IMG/VR virus record: IMGVR_UViG_3300029268_000052
Span: 1-37,992 of that record
Origin: a virus
Taxonomy: Duplodnaviria; Caudoviricetes
Reading direction: 5' to 3' (one strand)
DNA: 37,992 nucleotides
The position numbers and the translations under genes are program-made. Of the stretch, positions 9,991 through 20,198 are shown piece after piece. Numbering within the stretch: position 1 is the first letter of the stretch; each line of letters begins with the position of its first letter. The notes under the pieces are model-generated. The model was not told the DNA's origin, searched no databases, and worked only from the letters and a program-made list of their open reading frames with translations.

Positions 9991-11111
9991 TAATATCAAA
10001 AAAAGTTAATATCATCTTGAAAAGTGGGAAACAAGCAAAATATTATCAAAATAAAGGAATTAAATGTGTTGTCGGTGATATATTTAAAATAAATATATCA
10101 TTATTATCCAACGGAAGTCATGTTATGATAAAAATTAAATGTGATAATTGTAATGAAGAAAAAAACATAGAATATGGAAAATATTACAGTCAAACAAGTG
10201 GTTGTACTGACAATTATTATTGTAAAAAATGTTGTTATTTAAAACAAAAGAAAACAAAAAAAGAAAGATATGGAAATGAAAATTATAATAATTCAAAAAG
10301 CTATAAAGAAACTTGTTTGAAGATGTACGGAGTTGATAATTATTCGAAAACTGATGATTGTAAAAAAAATGTCAAAAAAATCAAATTAAAAAGATATGGT
10401 AATGAAAATTATAATAATAAGAAAAAATCGAAATTGACTTGTTTGGAAAAATATGGTACTGAATATCCTCTTCAAAATGACGAAATAAAACAAAAAGGAA
10501 AAAACACAATAATAAAAAAATATGGTGTTGATAGTTACACGAAAACAAAAGAATTTCAAGAAAAATGTAAAAAAACTTGTTTGAAAAAATATGGTGTTGA
10601 TAATTATACAAAAACAGAAGAATTTCAAGAAAGATATAAAAATACCTGTTTAGAAAAATATGGTGTTGATAATTATACAAAAACAGAAGAATTTCAAGAA
10701 AGATATGAAGATACTTGTTTGAAAAAATATGGTGTTATACATCCCTTATTAAATGATGATATTTTACATAAATATCATCAAAATCTTTTCAAAAAAGAAA
10801 TTTATAAAGATATAAATTATCAAGGGTCTTATGAATTAGATTTTCTTGTTAAATTCAATGAAGATTTTAAAATAGAAAGGGGGAAAATGTTTAAATATGA
10901 ATACAATGGAAAAATAAAAAGATATTTTCCAGATTTTTATTTGCCAAAATATAATTTGATAGTTGAAATAAAAAGTAATTATATTTACAATTTAGCTAAA
11001 GATATAAATGAACTGAAAAAGAAATCTGTATTAAAAAAAGGTTTTAATTTTATATTTATTATTGATAAAAATTATACTGATTTTAATAAGTTATTGAGCA
11101 TAACAGTATAA
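9987..11111 (+). CDS. homing-type endonuclease with TCL(E/K)KYGVDNY repeats and C-terminal PD-(D/E)xK domain
   Basis: 22-aa (66-nt) tandem repeats; YQGSYE...YFPDFY...IVEIKS. Confidence 0.75.
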   Translation: MIISKKVNIILKSGKQAKYYQNKGIKCVVGDIFKINISLLSNGSHVMIKIKCDNCNEEKNIEYGKYYSQTSGCTDNYYCKKCCYLKQKKTKKERYGNENYNNSKSYKETCLKMYGVDNYSKTDDCKKNVKKIKLKRYGNENYNNKKKSKLTCLEKYGTEYPLQNDEIKQKGKNTIIKKYGVDSYTKTKEFQEKCKKTCLKKYGVDNYTKTEEFQERYKNTCLEKYGVDNYTKTEEFQERYEDTCLKKYGVIHPLLNDDILHKYHQNLFKKEIYKDINYQGSYELDFLVKFNEDFKIERGKMFKYEYNGKIKRYFPDFYLPKYNLIVEIKSNYIYNLAKDINELKKKSVLKKGFNFIFIIDKNYTDFNKLLSITV

Positions 11112-11858
11112 ACATCGATGTTTACAAATCTTAAATGAACCAACATCAGTTGACTGTGAACAACCACATTCTGTTCGTTGATTTTTGTCTTTTGTATCAG
11201 TTAACCATCTTTGTTTACCACAAATTCTTTCAATTAGTTCAGGATCAACACATTTATTATGTTCTACTTCATCTAATTTGATTACTTCTGCACAAGTTGC
11301 AAGTTTTAATTTCCAATTTTTATTAAATTCAACGATTTGTTTTGCAACTCTAACTTTAACATCATCTGGTATTTCTTTAAATTGATTACCTAATTTTTTA
11401 TAAGGGTCAATATAACTAAATACTAATTTTTCTGTATAATTGTGAATTTCATTTCCAATTTTTTCAATTCTCTTTAAAAGTATATCTTCTGATACTTTAT
11501 CGGATATAATAATTGGGTCAAATCTCCAAATAACTTTTTCCTTACCAATTTTATTTGATAATTCTTTGAAAGTTTCAATTCTTTCTTTTATTGGTGGTAC
11601 TTTCAATTCATATTCCGGATATCCATTTAAGGTAAATTGAAAATAATATTTAAATGGTAATTTATCCAAATATTTTATCATTGGTTGTGGATTTTTTGAC
11701 CAAAATACAGCCAATTTAACTTTATCGAATGATACATCATAAGTTGACCAAGGACTTGTTAAAGTTACAAAACCTTTCTCAATTTTTTCCATGAACCATT
11801 CTGAACGAAAAGCTGGAATATCTTCTCTTCTACTAACTGAAATTACATATGGATTCAT
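11091..11858 (-). CDS. DUF1848 family (radical-SAM-like) protein
   Basis: ISVSRREDIPAF, FWSKNP, WRFDPI, C-terminal CKHRCLYCYA. Confidence 0.9.
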   Translation of the reverse strand: MNPYVISVSRREDIPAFRSEWFMEKIEKGFVTLTSPWSTYDVSFDKVKLAVFWSKNPQPMIKYLDKLPFKYYFQFTLNGYPEYELKVPPIKERIETFKELSNKIGKEKVIWRFDPIIISDKVSEDILLKRIEKIGNEIHNYTEKLVFSYIDPYKKLGNQFKEIPDDVKVRVAKQIVEFNKNWKLKLATCAEVIKLDEVEHNKCVDPELIERICGKQRWLTDTKDKNQRTECGCSQSTDVGSFKICKHRCLYCYAQ

Positions 11859-12046
11859 TCTTCTACTTTTATGTAGTCACGTTTAATTGAACCTATTATC
11901 ACATCTGCGGTATCTCTAACACATGGTGTTTCATTACCAGTATCCCAACCTTCTTTCCATGCCATATTTTTCGATTCATCTTTACTAAATCCTAATAAAC
12001 AGGCAATCCACCCGTCATAGAAATCATTCCAACCTTCAATTTTCAT
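11855..12046 (-). CDS. hypothetical protein
   Basis: ORF overlapping the next start. Confidence 0.55.
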   Translation of the reverse strand: MKIEGWNDFYDGWIACLLGFSKDESKNMAWKEGWDTGNETPCVRDTADVIIGSIKRDYIKVEE

Positions 12047-12063
12047 ATTTCAAATTTTTAAAA

Positions 12064-12228
12064 TTAACAAAAATGTTCGCCACAAGCAAATTGTTCATAA
12101 TCATAAACCTTACTTAAATCTTTTGGTTTTTTACCATAAACTCTTTCTCTTATGGTTTTACCACGACCACAAAGAACACATTCCGTTGTGGTGATTTTAT
12201 AATAATATTTACCTTTTTTTGATTTCAT
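12064..12228 (-). CDS. small Cys-containing protein (54 aa, not in ORF track)
   Basis: MKSKKGKYYYKITTTECVLCGRGK...FACGEHFC; fills the operon gap. Confidence 0.55.
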   Translation of the reverse strand: MKSKKGKYYYKITTTECVLCGRGKTIRERVYGKKPKDLSKVYDYEQFACGEHFC

Positions 12229-12429
12229 TTAAGATTCGTATGTAATTGTTAATAGACTAAATTTTTCTTCTAAAACATTTAACATTTTTTCTTTTGTATC
12301 AAACCAAAATTTAATAAATTTACCATTTTCATCAGTAACATTAAGAACTACTTTACAATCAATTTGCATTTCATATCCATTAGGTACTTTTTTAAGTTGA
12401 CTCTTTTTAAAATTTTCTGAATATTTCAT
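12229..12429 (-). CDS. hypothetical protein
   Basis: ORF in operon. Confidence 0.6.
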   Translation of the reverse strand: MKYSENFKKSQLKKVPNGYEMQIDCKVVLNVTDENGKFIKFWFDTKEKMLNVLEEKFSLLTITYES

Positions 12430-12440
12430 ATTGTTTTTTA

Positions 12441-12794
12441 TTATTTTTTCATTTCATTTTCAATAAATGTCATTATAACATTTACTACATATATAATTAA
12501 ATTATTGTCCAATTCAATATTTGGATTAATTTGATGCCATTTATATAAACATTCCCTACAACAAGTTGCGGTTGCGTGTTGTGTAATAAAAACCGGATGT
12601 CCCTTAAACGGTGTTTGTTTTCCATCATTTTGAAGTTTCACCTTTAATTTCTTATTTACAAAATCTTCAGCATGTTTCCTTATTACATCAATTCCTTTAT
12701 CTCTTACATATTGTTTGTCCTTTTCAGATAAATGGAATTTAGATCTGAATTTTGATTGGGATAATTTAGATAATTTATATTCTATATTACTCAT
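12441..12794 (-). CDS. DUF4186 family protein
   Basis: SKFRSKFHL, NDGKQTPFKGHPVFITQHATATCCRECLYKWH. Confidence 0.9.
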   Translation of the reverse strand: MSNIEYKLSKLSQSKFRSKFHLSEKDKQYVRDKGIDVIRKHAEDFVNKKLKVKLQNDGKQTPFKGHPVFITQHATATCCRECLYKWHQINPNIELDNNLIIYVVNVIMTFIENEMKK

Positions 12795-12827
12795 AATTTA
12801 GATATTATATTACTCATAATTTAGATA
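12783..12827. repeat. 22-bp tandem duplication at the dam/DUF4186 junction
   Basis: tatattactcataatttagata at 12783-12804 and 12806-12827. Confidence 0.85.
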
Positions 12828-13643
12828 TATACTTTCTTTGACAGAAACATTGTTTCCTTTTAATTTTGAAAAAGAACTAATTCCGGAATCAATTAATAGG
12901 TGTTTTTTATATAAGTCTTTTGGAATATCATAAATATTATTAATTTCATTTTGAAATCCATCAAAACTTAAAATCCATTTACATTCCAAATTATTTAAAT
13001 AAAGAAAAAATTCATTGTAATTAATTTTTCCATAATACATTGAATCTGATTTTGAATAAGGTGGATCACAATACATGAAATCATTGGTTTTTGTGATTAT
13101 ATCCAAATAATCTCCATGATTAAAAATGACATTTTTTTCTACCAAAATTTTATTCCATTTAAAAATGATGTCGTGTAAAGATTTTGGATCTATCCCTTTT
13201 CTTGAAAAATGATAGGATGTGTTAAATTCACCAGAATTATTATAACGAATCAATCCATTATAACAAGTACGATTTAAAAATAAGAAAAGATATGGATTTC
13301 TATTTTTATTAAATTCATTTCTTATATCATACCATAAATCATTACGTTTTTCTTGTTCTTCAATACTATTTAATGAATTCCATAATGTTTCATAAGTTGA
13401 AATTACCATTTCCGGATGTTCCTTAATTTCATTCCAAAGGAATATCAGGTCCGGATTTATATCAGAACAAATATAATGATTAACACTAATATCTTTATTA
13501 TTTAATAAATCCCACAAAACAGAACAACTTCCGGCAAAAGGTTCAAAATAATTATCAATATATTTTGGAAAATATTCAATAATATCTTTCGCTTGAGACC
13601 TTTTACTACCAGTCCATTTAATTAATACATCACTTTTGTTCAT
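12810..13643 (-). CDS. dam: Dam-like (D12 class) DNA adenine methyltransferase
   Basis: IKWTGSK, YFEPFAGS, CYNGLIRYN..GEFN, DPPY. Confidence 0.88.
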   Translation of the reverse strand: MNKSDVLIKWTGSKRSQAKDIIEYFPKYIDNYFEPFAGSCSVLWDLLNNKDISVNHYICSDINPDLIFLWNEIKEHPEMVISTYETLWNSLNSIEEQEKRNDLWYDIRNEFNKNRNPYLFLFLNRTCYNGLIRYNNSGEFNTSYHFSRKGIDPKSLHDIIFKWNKILVEKNVIFNHGDYLDIITKTNDFMYCDPPYSKSDSMYYGKINYNEFFLYLNNLECKWILSFDGFQNEINNIYDIPKDLYKKHLLIDSGISSFSKLKGNNVSVKESIYLNYE

Positions 13644-13689
13644 AAAAAATCCCTTTTATTATTATATTATAAATAAAAGGGATTGTTTA

Positions 13690-14406
13690 TTATTTTAAAC
13701 TAGTTATTTCCTTTGATACTTCCCAATATTCGTTTTCACTATATTGTTTACCTTCAAACCAGAATTGTTTTTCATCTTTGGATTCATAAGCAGGACCACC
13801 AATACGATGTCTGATGCCATTTTTAAAGAATTCTTTTGCTCCGAAATGCCATTCAACAGCAGGACCATCTAAACGGTGATATTGTCCAGTTTTATTTAGG
13901 AAAAATCTACTACCTTTATCACTTTGTAATATTAATGTTGAATTTTCTTGTAAAACACCATTTTCACCATCTAATTTGTCGGTTAAATATGTTTCACAAA
14001 ATGTAACAGATGATAATTTTTGTTTTAACCAAGTGAATAACTTTTCTTCATCAATCATAACATTCCCAGCGGAATCTTCGGTTAAATAATCAGTACTATC
14101 GAATTCTTCTTGAACTTCTTTCCAAATATCAAATGGTTCATCTTCCGGTAACGGTTTATTCAAATCCATCGGTGGAACTTCTAAATCTTCAATATTTTCA
14201 TTGTAATTATTTATAACTTGAATATTATCTGGAATAACGTAACCTTCTATAATTCTTTCAGTTGTTTTAATTCCGGGTCTAATAACAGGTCTTTGTTCGG
14301 TTGTTTGTGATTGTTTTTCAACAATATTTACACTTGCAACTTTTGCATAATCTTCTTCTCTATCAATTACTGGTATATTGGATGGTATTTGAAATTCTTT
14401 TTCCAT
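13690..14406 (-). CDS. hypothetical protein with HR.DGPA repeats
   Basis: HRLDGPAVEW and HRIGGPAYE motifs. Confidence 0.7.
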   Translation of the reverse strand: MEKEFQIPSNIPVIDREEDYAKVASVNIVEKQSQTTEQRPVIRPGIKTTERIIEGYVIPDNIQVINNYNENIEDLEVPPMDLNKPLPEDEPFDIWKEVQEEFDSTDYLTEDSAGNVMIDEEKLFTWLKQKLSSVTFCETYLTDKLDGENGVLQENSTLILQSDKGSRFFLNKTGQYHRLDGPAVEWHFGAKEFFKNGIRHRIGGPAYESKDEKQFWFEGKQYSENEYWEVSKEITSLK

Positions 14407-14452
14407 ATAAGGGTATAATTTATTTTACCTTATATATTAAAATTTTACCACC

Positions 14453-14791
14453 TTATTTTTTCCTATAAAATTCTATAAATTCATCAATATTACCTTTGAA
14501 TACGGTTTTTTCTTTCTTACCATCAGTTGATACTACTTTAACTTTTGTCAAAGCTTCTTTGTAAAATTGTATGTATAGATACAATATCTTACCATCGTAT
14601 AAAAAAGCGACAAAAGCGAAAAAATTAGACGGATCGAAAGTTATAGTTGCAGATTTTGGTGAGAATTCATTGGAAATGAAATCTATAATTCGATTCGCAT
14701 CTGTTTCTATATGTGGAAATGATAAATCGTCTTTGTATTGTTTTTGGAAAGATGAAATAAGTTCTTTCTTAATAAAGGCATCAATATTCAT
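14453..14791 (-). CDS. hypothetical protein
   Basis: ORF preceded by an AATATATA motif. Confidence 0.65.
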   Translation of the reverse strand: MNIDAFIKKELISSFQKQYKDDLSFPHIETDANRIIDFISNEFSPKSATITFDPSNFFAFVAFLYDGKILYLYIQFYKEALTKVKVVSTDGKKEKTVFKGNIDEFIEFYRKK

Positions 14792-14829
14792 AAGTATTTT
14801 TGTTTTATTTTATATATTGTTATTTTCGT

Positions 14830-15039
14830 TTATAAATTATAATCAACATCTTTCGATCGGTATTTTGGTGTTTTTTGTTTTGATGGTAATTTCTTTTGAA
14901 TAAGAATTATTTCAATAGAACTCAAAATAAGAGCTATCCATAATAAAAAAATTATTATCAAATAATAATGAAACCACAATTGAATCATTAATGCTATTAA
15001 TGTCAATAACATTTTTACAATTTTTATAAATGTAACCAT
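14830..15039 (-). CDS. small membrane protein
   Basis: Two hydrophobic segments and a basic tail. Confidence 0.5.
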   Translation of the reverse strand: MVTFIKIVKMLLTLIALMIQLWFHYYLIIIFLLWIALILSSIEIILIQKKLPSKQKTPKYRSKDVDYNL

Positions 15040-15187
15040 AATTTTACTTTTTAATTTCTGCTTTAAATATAGATTAGTTTTACTGAAATGTTTGTTCTAT
15101 ATTTGGATATATCTCATCATTTCCTTTGTTATATATATGGTAGTTTATTTTTTTATTGATTAAAATATTCGTAAATTTGTATTCTAA

Positions 15188-16420
15188 TTGATGATTATGT
15201 CAAGACCGAAAGTTGAAATTGTGAAAAAGAAAGAAATACCCATTAAATCATCCATTTTGAAAAACCAACACAAGGTTGTCAAAATGATTTTAGATGGATA
15301 TACTCTTCGTGTCAATGATAAAAGTAAAAAATCACAATCCGCAACTTTAATTGAGGGTATATCTGGTAATCCGGAAAAGAAAACAATTCAGAATCTTCTT
15401 CTTCATATGTCTAAAAACAATATTAATGTTTTAGACAATCCAGAATTCATAACAGTATCAGAATTAATTTCCAATTCAAAACACAGATGGTATAGAGACC
15501 CATTTACTTGGAATTCAAAGTCTTATAATTCTGATAAAAACGCTAGTGATTTAATTCATTATGTTTTTTGTAAGTATGAAACTCCCAAATTTTTCGATAA
15601 TTCATTTTTCAAAAATAAAATCAAAGAAATTGATATATTCTTTTGGTTGGGTGAAGGTAAAAGTCTTAAAAAATATCCTTGTTTACCAATACCAATGACA
15701 AATAAAATGATTTTCAATTTTATCAAATCACCAAAATATTTATCTGTTGAAGAAGCTTTCATTTGGTCTTTTGTCATGGGTTTAGATGGTAATGGTTTAC
15801 TTTTCAATTCCTTAATGGAAAATAATAAAATAAACACCTTTGATAGATTCAAAACAAACATTAATTTGTGGACTGATGTTGTTACTTTCTTATCAAGACA
15901 AGGTATGATGAATTACAATCAAGTTTCACCACTTATTGACTATATTTGGTTTGTGATTCATGAAGAAAATCCATATTTTACAACAAAAGGTAGAACTTTA
16001 GCCGCTTTATTGAAAAGTAGTGATGATTGGCATGAAAAAATTGCTAAAACGAAAAATAATATCAACGGTTACTGGGAAGGTTTCAATATTCCCAACTATT
16101 CTTTAACTGTTGGTAAAGATGATCTTAAAAAAACATATTCTATTACCCAAATCAAATACGCGAAAGAATTAGTAAAAGAAGGAAGAGAATTAAGTCATTG
16201 TGTATCAAGTTATACAAGGGATTGTTCCAATGGTAGTGTTTCAATTTGGTCATTGAAAGATGATAGTGCACAAAAAAGATTGATAACTATTGAATTATCA
16301 AAAGATTACAAAATCAATCAGATTCGTGGTTTCGGTAACAGAAAAGCAACAAATCATGAAATGTCTTTTATTACTGATTGGGCTCAAAAGAATAATCTCA
16401 GTTTCGGAAGATGGATTTAA
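15188..16420 (+). CDS. PcfJ-domain protein
   Basis: KGRTL..L...DDWH; ELVKEGRELSHCVSSY; TIEL...QIRGFGN. Confidence 0.85.
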   Translation: MMIMSRPKVEIVKKKEIPIKSSILKNQHKVVKMILDGYTLRVNDKSKKSQSATLIEGISGNPEKKTIQNLLLHMSKNNINVLDNPEFITVSELISNSKHRWYRDPFTWNSKSYNSDKNASDLIHYVFCKYETPKFFDNSFFKNKIKEIDIFFWLGEGKSLKKYPCLPIPMTNKMIFNFIKSPKYLSVEEAFIWSFVMGLDGNGLLFNSLMENNKINTFDRFKTNINLWTDVVTFLSRQGMMNYNQVSPLIDYIWFVIHEENPYFTTKGRTLAALLKSSDDWHEKIAKTKNNINGYWEGFNIPNYSLTVGKDDLKKTYSITQIKYAKELVKEGRELSHCVSSYTRDCSNGSVSIWSLKDDSAQKRLITIELSKDYKINQIRGFGNRKATNHEMSFITDWAQKNNLSFGRWI

Positions 16421-17352
16421 ATTAATTTGTCTTGTTTTAGTAATCTTTTATATTTATAAATACAACCTATTTTAAGATTCAATTTTAAACATAGTTCATT
16501 GACACTTATATCTTTATTTTCATTTATTAATTTCAAAAATTCTATTTTTTTATTTTTTGATTTTTCATAAAAACTTACATAATTCATATCTATAATATCC
16601 CATTTTCTTTTTAAATATGGAATATTTAGATCCAAAACTCTTTGTTTTAATTTTTTAATAATTGTTGTTTTTGAAATATAAAAATAAGGGTATTCGTTTT
16701 TATTATTAACATCAATATTACATTTTTCATTAACACTATCATATATTGACTTTAACATGTATTCTAAATTATTTTCCCAATTTTTATGATTTTTAATACT
16801 TAATGAAAAATCTTTCCTATTGTTCAATTTTCTAATACAACCATCACCATCTATAAAACCAATTATTAAACTTAATAATAAATCTTTATTTTCTATTTTT
16901 GATATATCACAAGGATGATATGTTTTGTTATGTTTTATATTAAATTTTTCACATAATTTTTTTAAATATTTAGTATCCATCACACTTATTCCGATAGACT
17001 TTTTATATTTATTGTTATTTTTATTATTTTCATTGGTATAATTTATGAATTTTTTGAATTTTTCCAAATGATTTACATCTTTATTAGATAATCTAATAGT
17101 TAATCTATTATTTTCAATATGACCATCTGATATTATAAATCCAATCCAATAATATGTCTCATTTATATCTTCTAATAATATATTCATATCAGCATATCTT
17201 CTTGTACTATTATATCTATTTAGATTTAATTTATTAGATTTATTTTTTATAGTATTCCAATTTCTTAATGGTAAATTATCTAATAAAATTTGTTTATCTT
17301 CATTTTCATAATTATTAATTAAATAATCCGTTTCATCTTTTGACCATTTCAT
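16417..17352 (-). CDS. LAGLIDADG homing endonuclease
   Basis: YYWIGFIISDG and LIIGFIDGDG motifs; start moved to MKWSK. Confidence 0.85.
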   Translation of the reverse strand: MKWSKDETDYLINNYENEDKQILLDNLPLRNWNTIKNKSNKLNLNRYNSTRRYADMNILLEDINETYYWIGFIISDGHIENNRLTIRLSNKDVNHLEKFKKFINYTNENNKNNNKYKKSIGISVMDTKYLKKLCEKFNIKHNKTYHPCDISKIENKDLLLSLIIGFIDGDGCIRKLNNRKDFSLSIKNHKNWENNLEYMLKSIYDSVNEKCNIDVNNKNEYPYFYISKTTIIKKLKQRVLDLNIPYLKRKWDIIDMNYVSFYEKSKNKKIEFLKLINENKDISVNELCLKLNLKIGCIYKYKRLLKQDKLI

Positions 17353-17402
17353 TTTTTTATTAGATTGTTTTTTAGTATATTTGTATATATTGAACAAAAA
17401 AT

Positions 17403-17936
17403 ATGATTTTTTTCACTTCTGACCATCACTGGGATCACATTAACAAAACAGGTGGTATTATTACATTCTGTAATAGACCATTTCGAGATATTCCAACTAT
17501 GAATCGTGAAATGATAAACCATTGGAATTCTGTTGTTCAGGATTGGGATGAAGTTTATTATTTAGGTGACTTATCATTTGGCTCTAAAAAAAGAGTTGGA
17601 TATTTTGTAAATCAATTAAAAGGAAAAATATATTTTATCAAAGGTAATCATGATAAAAGTCAGATCCTTAATTTCCTATTGAATATTGGTAAAATAGAAT
17701 GGTGGAAATATAATTATGAATTCGATTATGAAAAAGATGGTGTAACATATACCTTTATTTTATCACATTATCAACACCAACCGATTAAAGATAATGTTAT
17801 TTCAATATTTGGTCATAGTCATGGGAATTATATCAGATTTAAAGGTGGTATTGATGTTGGTGTCGATAATGTCGGATATGATTTAATTTCCATTGATAAT
17901 ATCATAGAACATTATAAAAAGACAAAGGAAATCTAA
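17403..17936 (+). CDS. calcineurin-like metallophosphoesterase
   Basis: SDHH, YLGD, GNHD, GHSH motifs. Confidence 0.9.
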   Translation: MIFFTSDHHWDHINKTGGIITFCNRPFRDIPTMNREMINHWNSVVQDWDEVYYLGDLSFGSKKRVGYFVNQLKGKIYFIKGNHDKSQILNFLLNIGKIEWWKYNYEFDYEKDGVTYTFILSHYQHQPIKDNVISIFGHSHGNYIRFKGGIDVGVDNVGYDLISIDNIIEHYKKTKEI

Positions 17937-17982
17937 TTTTTCATTTTTATAGTTTAATATATAAGAAGAAAAAGATTTCATT

Positions 17983-18369
17983 ATGGATAAAAATATCAAA
18001 TCCTACGACAAATACATTTCTGAAATGGCAAGACCAAGAGATCCAAACAAACCAAAAAGAAGTTTCGCTGACATCTTAAACAGTTATCCAAAATATGATG
18101 TGGATAAATTGGGTTATGGTAATGAAGAAAAATGGAGGTCAGCATTCAGACAAAAAATGGGTTACGAAGAAGCTAAAGGTATTTTGGGTGATATGGATCC
18201 TTATGGAATCTTGGGTATTTCATCTAATGCAACACCAGAAGAAATCAAGAAAGCATATCGTAAAAGAGCTTTTGAAACTCATCCAGATAGAAACCCAGAT
18301 AATGTTAACGCAACAAAGGAGTTTCAAGAAGTTCAGGCAGCTTATACTTTGTTAACAAAGGAAGATTAA
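17983..18369 (+). CDS. J-domain (DnaJ-like) protein
   Basis: DPYGILG...EIKKAYRK...HPD.NP...FQEVQAAY. Confidence 0.88.
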   Translation: MDKNIKSYDKYISEMARPRDPNKPKRSFADILNSYPKYDVDKLGYGNEEKWRSAFRQKMGYEEAKGILGDMDPYGILGISSNATPEEIKKAYRKRAFETHPDRNPDNVNATKEFQEVQAAYTLLTKED

Positions 18370-18373
18370 CAGA

Positions 18374-19240
18374 TTATTCAATATCATCAATTGCCTTTAA
18401 TAAATCAACTGTTACTTGTTTTCCAAAATCTTCCCAATCGGGTTCGTATATATTTATAAATCCACCCATTGAATATCCTCTATTACTTCTGTATGGTGAA
18501 ATGTTAACATAAATATTACCTTCATCATTACTTGTGTAATGTATTTTTATACCGAATGATTTATCTCCTTTTTTGACAGTTATTGAATATGACGGACTAC
18601 CTCTATATTCATCTGTTTCTTCACTCCATTTTAATCCATCTTCCTGTTTTATTATTCCATAAATATCATCCTTTATCCTTTTCATAAATGGAACAGATGA
18701 ATTAATTTTATCTCTTTCTTCCACTTTAATGATATTTATGTTATCTTCTTCAAATACAATTATTTGTGGTTCGTATGTATGAATCTTTGTTTTACTAAAT
18801 ATACCATCATAACCTAATTTCATAAATTCTGTTCTACCTACATTGGAATTTTCTCTACCATAAATTGTTCTATCGTAAATTGTTCTGATATATTGCCAGA
18901 AATTATAATATTCACTTTCGTCTTTCATATATTTCATAAATGATTGAAAAGTGACATAATTTTGTGTATCCAGTTTCTTTACTATTTCCAATTCCTGTTC
19001 TTTTGTTAGTTCATCTAAATCTAGAATATTCAAATTTGGTTTTAAGGTAATAGTGAATCTATATTTCTTTTTTTTCCAATAAGCTTTCAATTCATCAAGT
19101 GCATAATCTGGAAATAAATAAATTCCAGATGGATCAGAATGTGATGGTTGTGGTTTTAATTTTACATAATCAACATCACTAAAATGATACCATTTTTGAA
19201 TAGAATTATAATTTTCAAATAGTTTAAATTTAGTTATCAT
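18374..19240 (-). CDS. putative ADP-ribosyltransferase-fold protein
   Basis: WYHFS...SGIYLF...GYDGI pattern; N-terminus MITKFKLFE. Confidence 0.5.
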   Translation of the reverse strand: MITKFKLFENYNSIQKWYHFSDVDYVKLKPQPSHSDPSGIYLFPDYALDELKAYWKKKKYRFTITLKPNLNILDLDELTKEQELEIVKKLDTQNYVTFQSFMKYMKDESEYYNFWQYIRTIYDRTIYGRENSNVGRTEFMKLGYDGIFSKTKIHTYEPQIIVFEEDNINIIKVEERDKINSSVPFMKRIKDDIYGIIKQEDGLKWSEETDEYRGSPSYSITVKKGDKSFGIKIHYTSNDEGNIYVNISPYRSNRGYSMGGFINIYEPDWEDFGKQVTVDLLKAIDDIE

Positions 19241-19965
19241 TTAATAACGGTTTCTTTTCTAATTATTTCGGATTCTCCGATTAACCTATTATATAATTCT
19301 TCAGGAATTTTATATTGTTTAACATTCTTTGCTGTTCTCGCAACTGAATAAAAATTGATTTCATTTAATGTTGTTTTTGCCATATAAAGAATAAGATCTT
19401 TTGGTGAACTTATCTTAAATGATTTCATAGCAATATCCCAAAATTTTTCACATTCTTCTTTTACAGAAAAAGGACAAAGAATTTTTTCGTCTTTCCAATT
19501 AAAAAATATAACATAGAAATCTTTTTCTTTCTTTTCTCTTTGTTGAAACGGTGTAATAGTGTCATTCTTTGGTGATATTTTAATACCAACATTCATATTG
19601 TTTATTTTATCCATTTCTCTAGTAAAAATAACACCATGATCACCACCATAATCTCTAAAAATTCTTCTATGATACAATAACAAATGAATCATTTCATGTG
19701 CTAAAGTATTTTTAAATTGTTCGGGAGTTAAAGATATATTTTTATTAAAATGTAATACTATATCATATATGTTTGACCATCCACTTTTATTGTATTCACC
19801 TTTACTACTAACCCAAGCAACTCTTGTTTTATGTGAATCGAACGATATTTCTGGAAACGGTACTTCGTTATCGAACAATAATTTATTTAAGTTATCGAAT
19901 TCTTTTTTAATGTCATATTCGAATTCAAATTTTTCGTTTAAAAAATGTTCAAAATTTGTTATCAT
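19237..19965 (-). CDS. SprT-like zinc metalloprotease
   Basis: FDNLNKLLFDN, TLAHEMIH, HG..F. Confidence 0.85.
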   Translation of the reverse strand: MITNFEHFLNEKFEFEYDIKKEFDNLNKLLFDNEVPFPEISFDSHKTRVAWVSSKGEYNKSGWSNIYDIVLHFNKNISLTPEQFKNTLAHEMIHLLLYHRRIFRDYGGDHGVIFTREMDKINNMNVGIKISPKNDTITPFQQREKKEKDFYVIFFNWKDEKILCPFSVKEECEKFWDIAMKSFKISSPKDLILYMAKTTLNEINFYSVARTAKNVKQYKIPEELYNRLIGESEIIRKETVIK

Positions 19966-20039
19966 TTCATTATATATAAAAAATCAAAAAATGATATTTG
20001 AATATTAATATATAAAGATAAAATAAATAAATAATAAAG

Positions 20040-20198
20040 ATGAAAAATAAAAAATTATTTAATTTCTGGATACCAAATGATATTTACGAATATGTAAAAT
20101 TAAAATCGAAAGATAATTATATGTCTATGACAGATTACATTATTCAATTAATATTAACCAATATGAAAAAAGATAAAAAAGAAAATGATAATAGATAA
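20040..20198 (+). CDS. small Arc/RHH-like protein (52 aa, not in ORF track)
   Basis: MKNKKLFNFWIPNDIYEYVKLKSKDNYMSMTDYIIQLIL...; overlaps the endonuclease start. Confidence 0.65.
   Translation: MKNKKLFNFWIPNDIYEYVKLKSKDNYMSMTDYIIQLILTNMKKDKKENDNR

Noticed and set aside
10500-10740. 66-bp repeats resembling a CRISPR array
   Set aside because: They are in-frame protein repeats with no unique spacers, and no cas genes are present.
3484-13643. Complete restriction-modification system
   Set aside because: Both methyltransferases lack an evident cognate restriction enzyme; orphan protective MTases are more likely.
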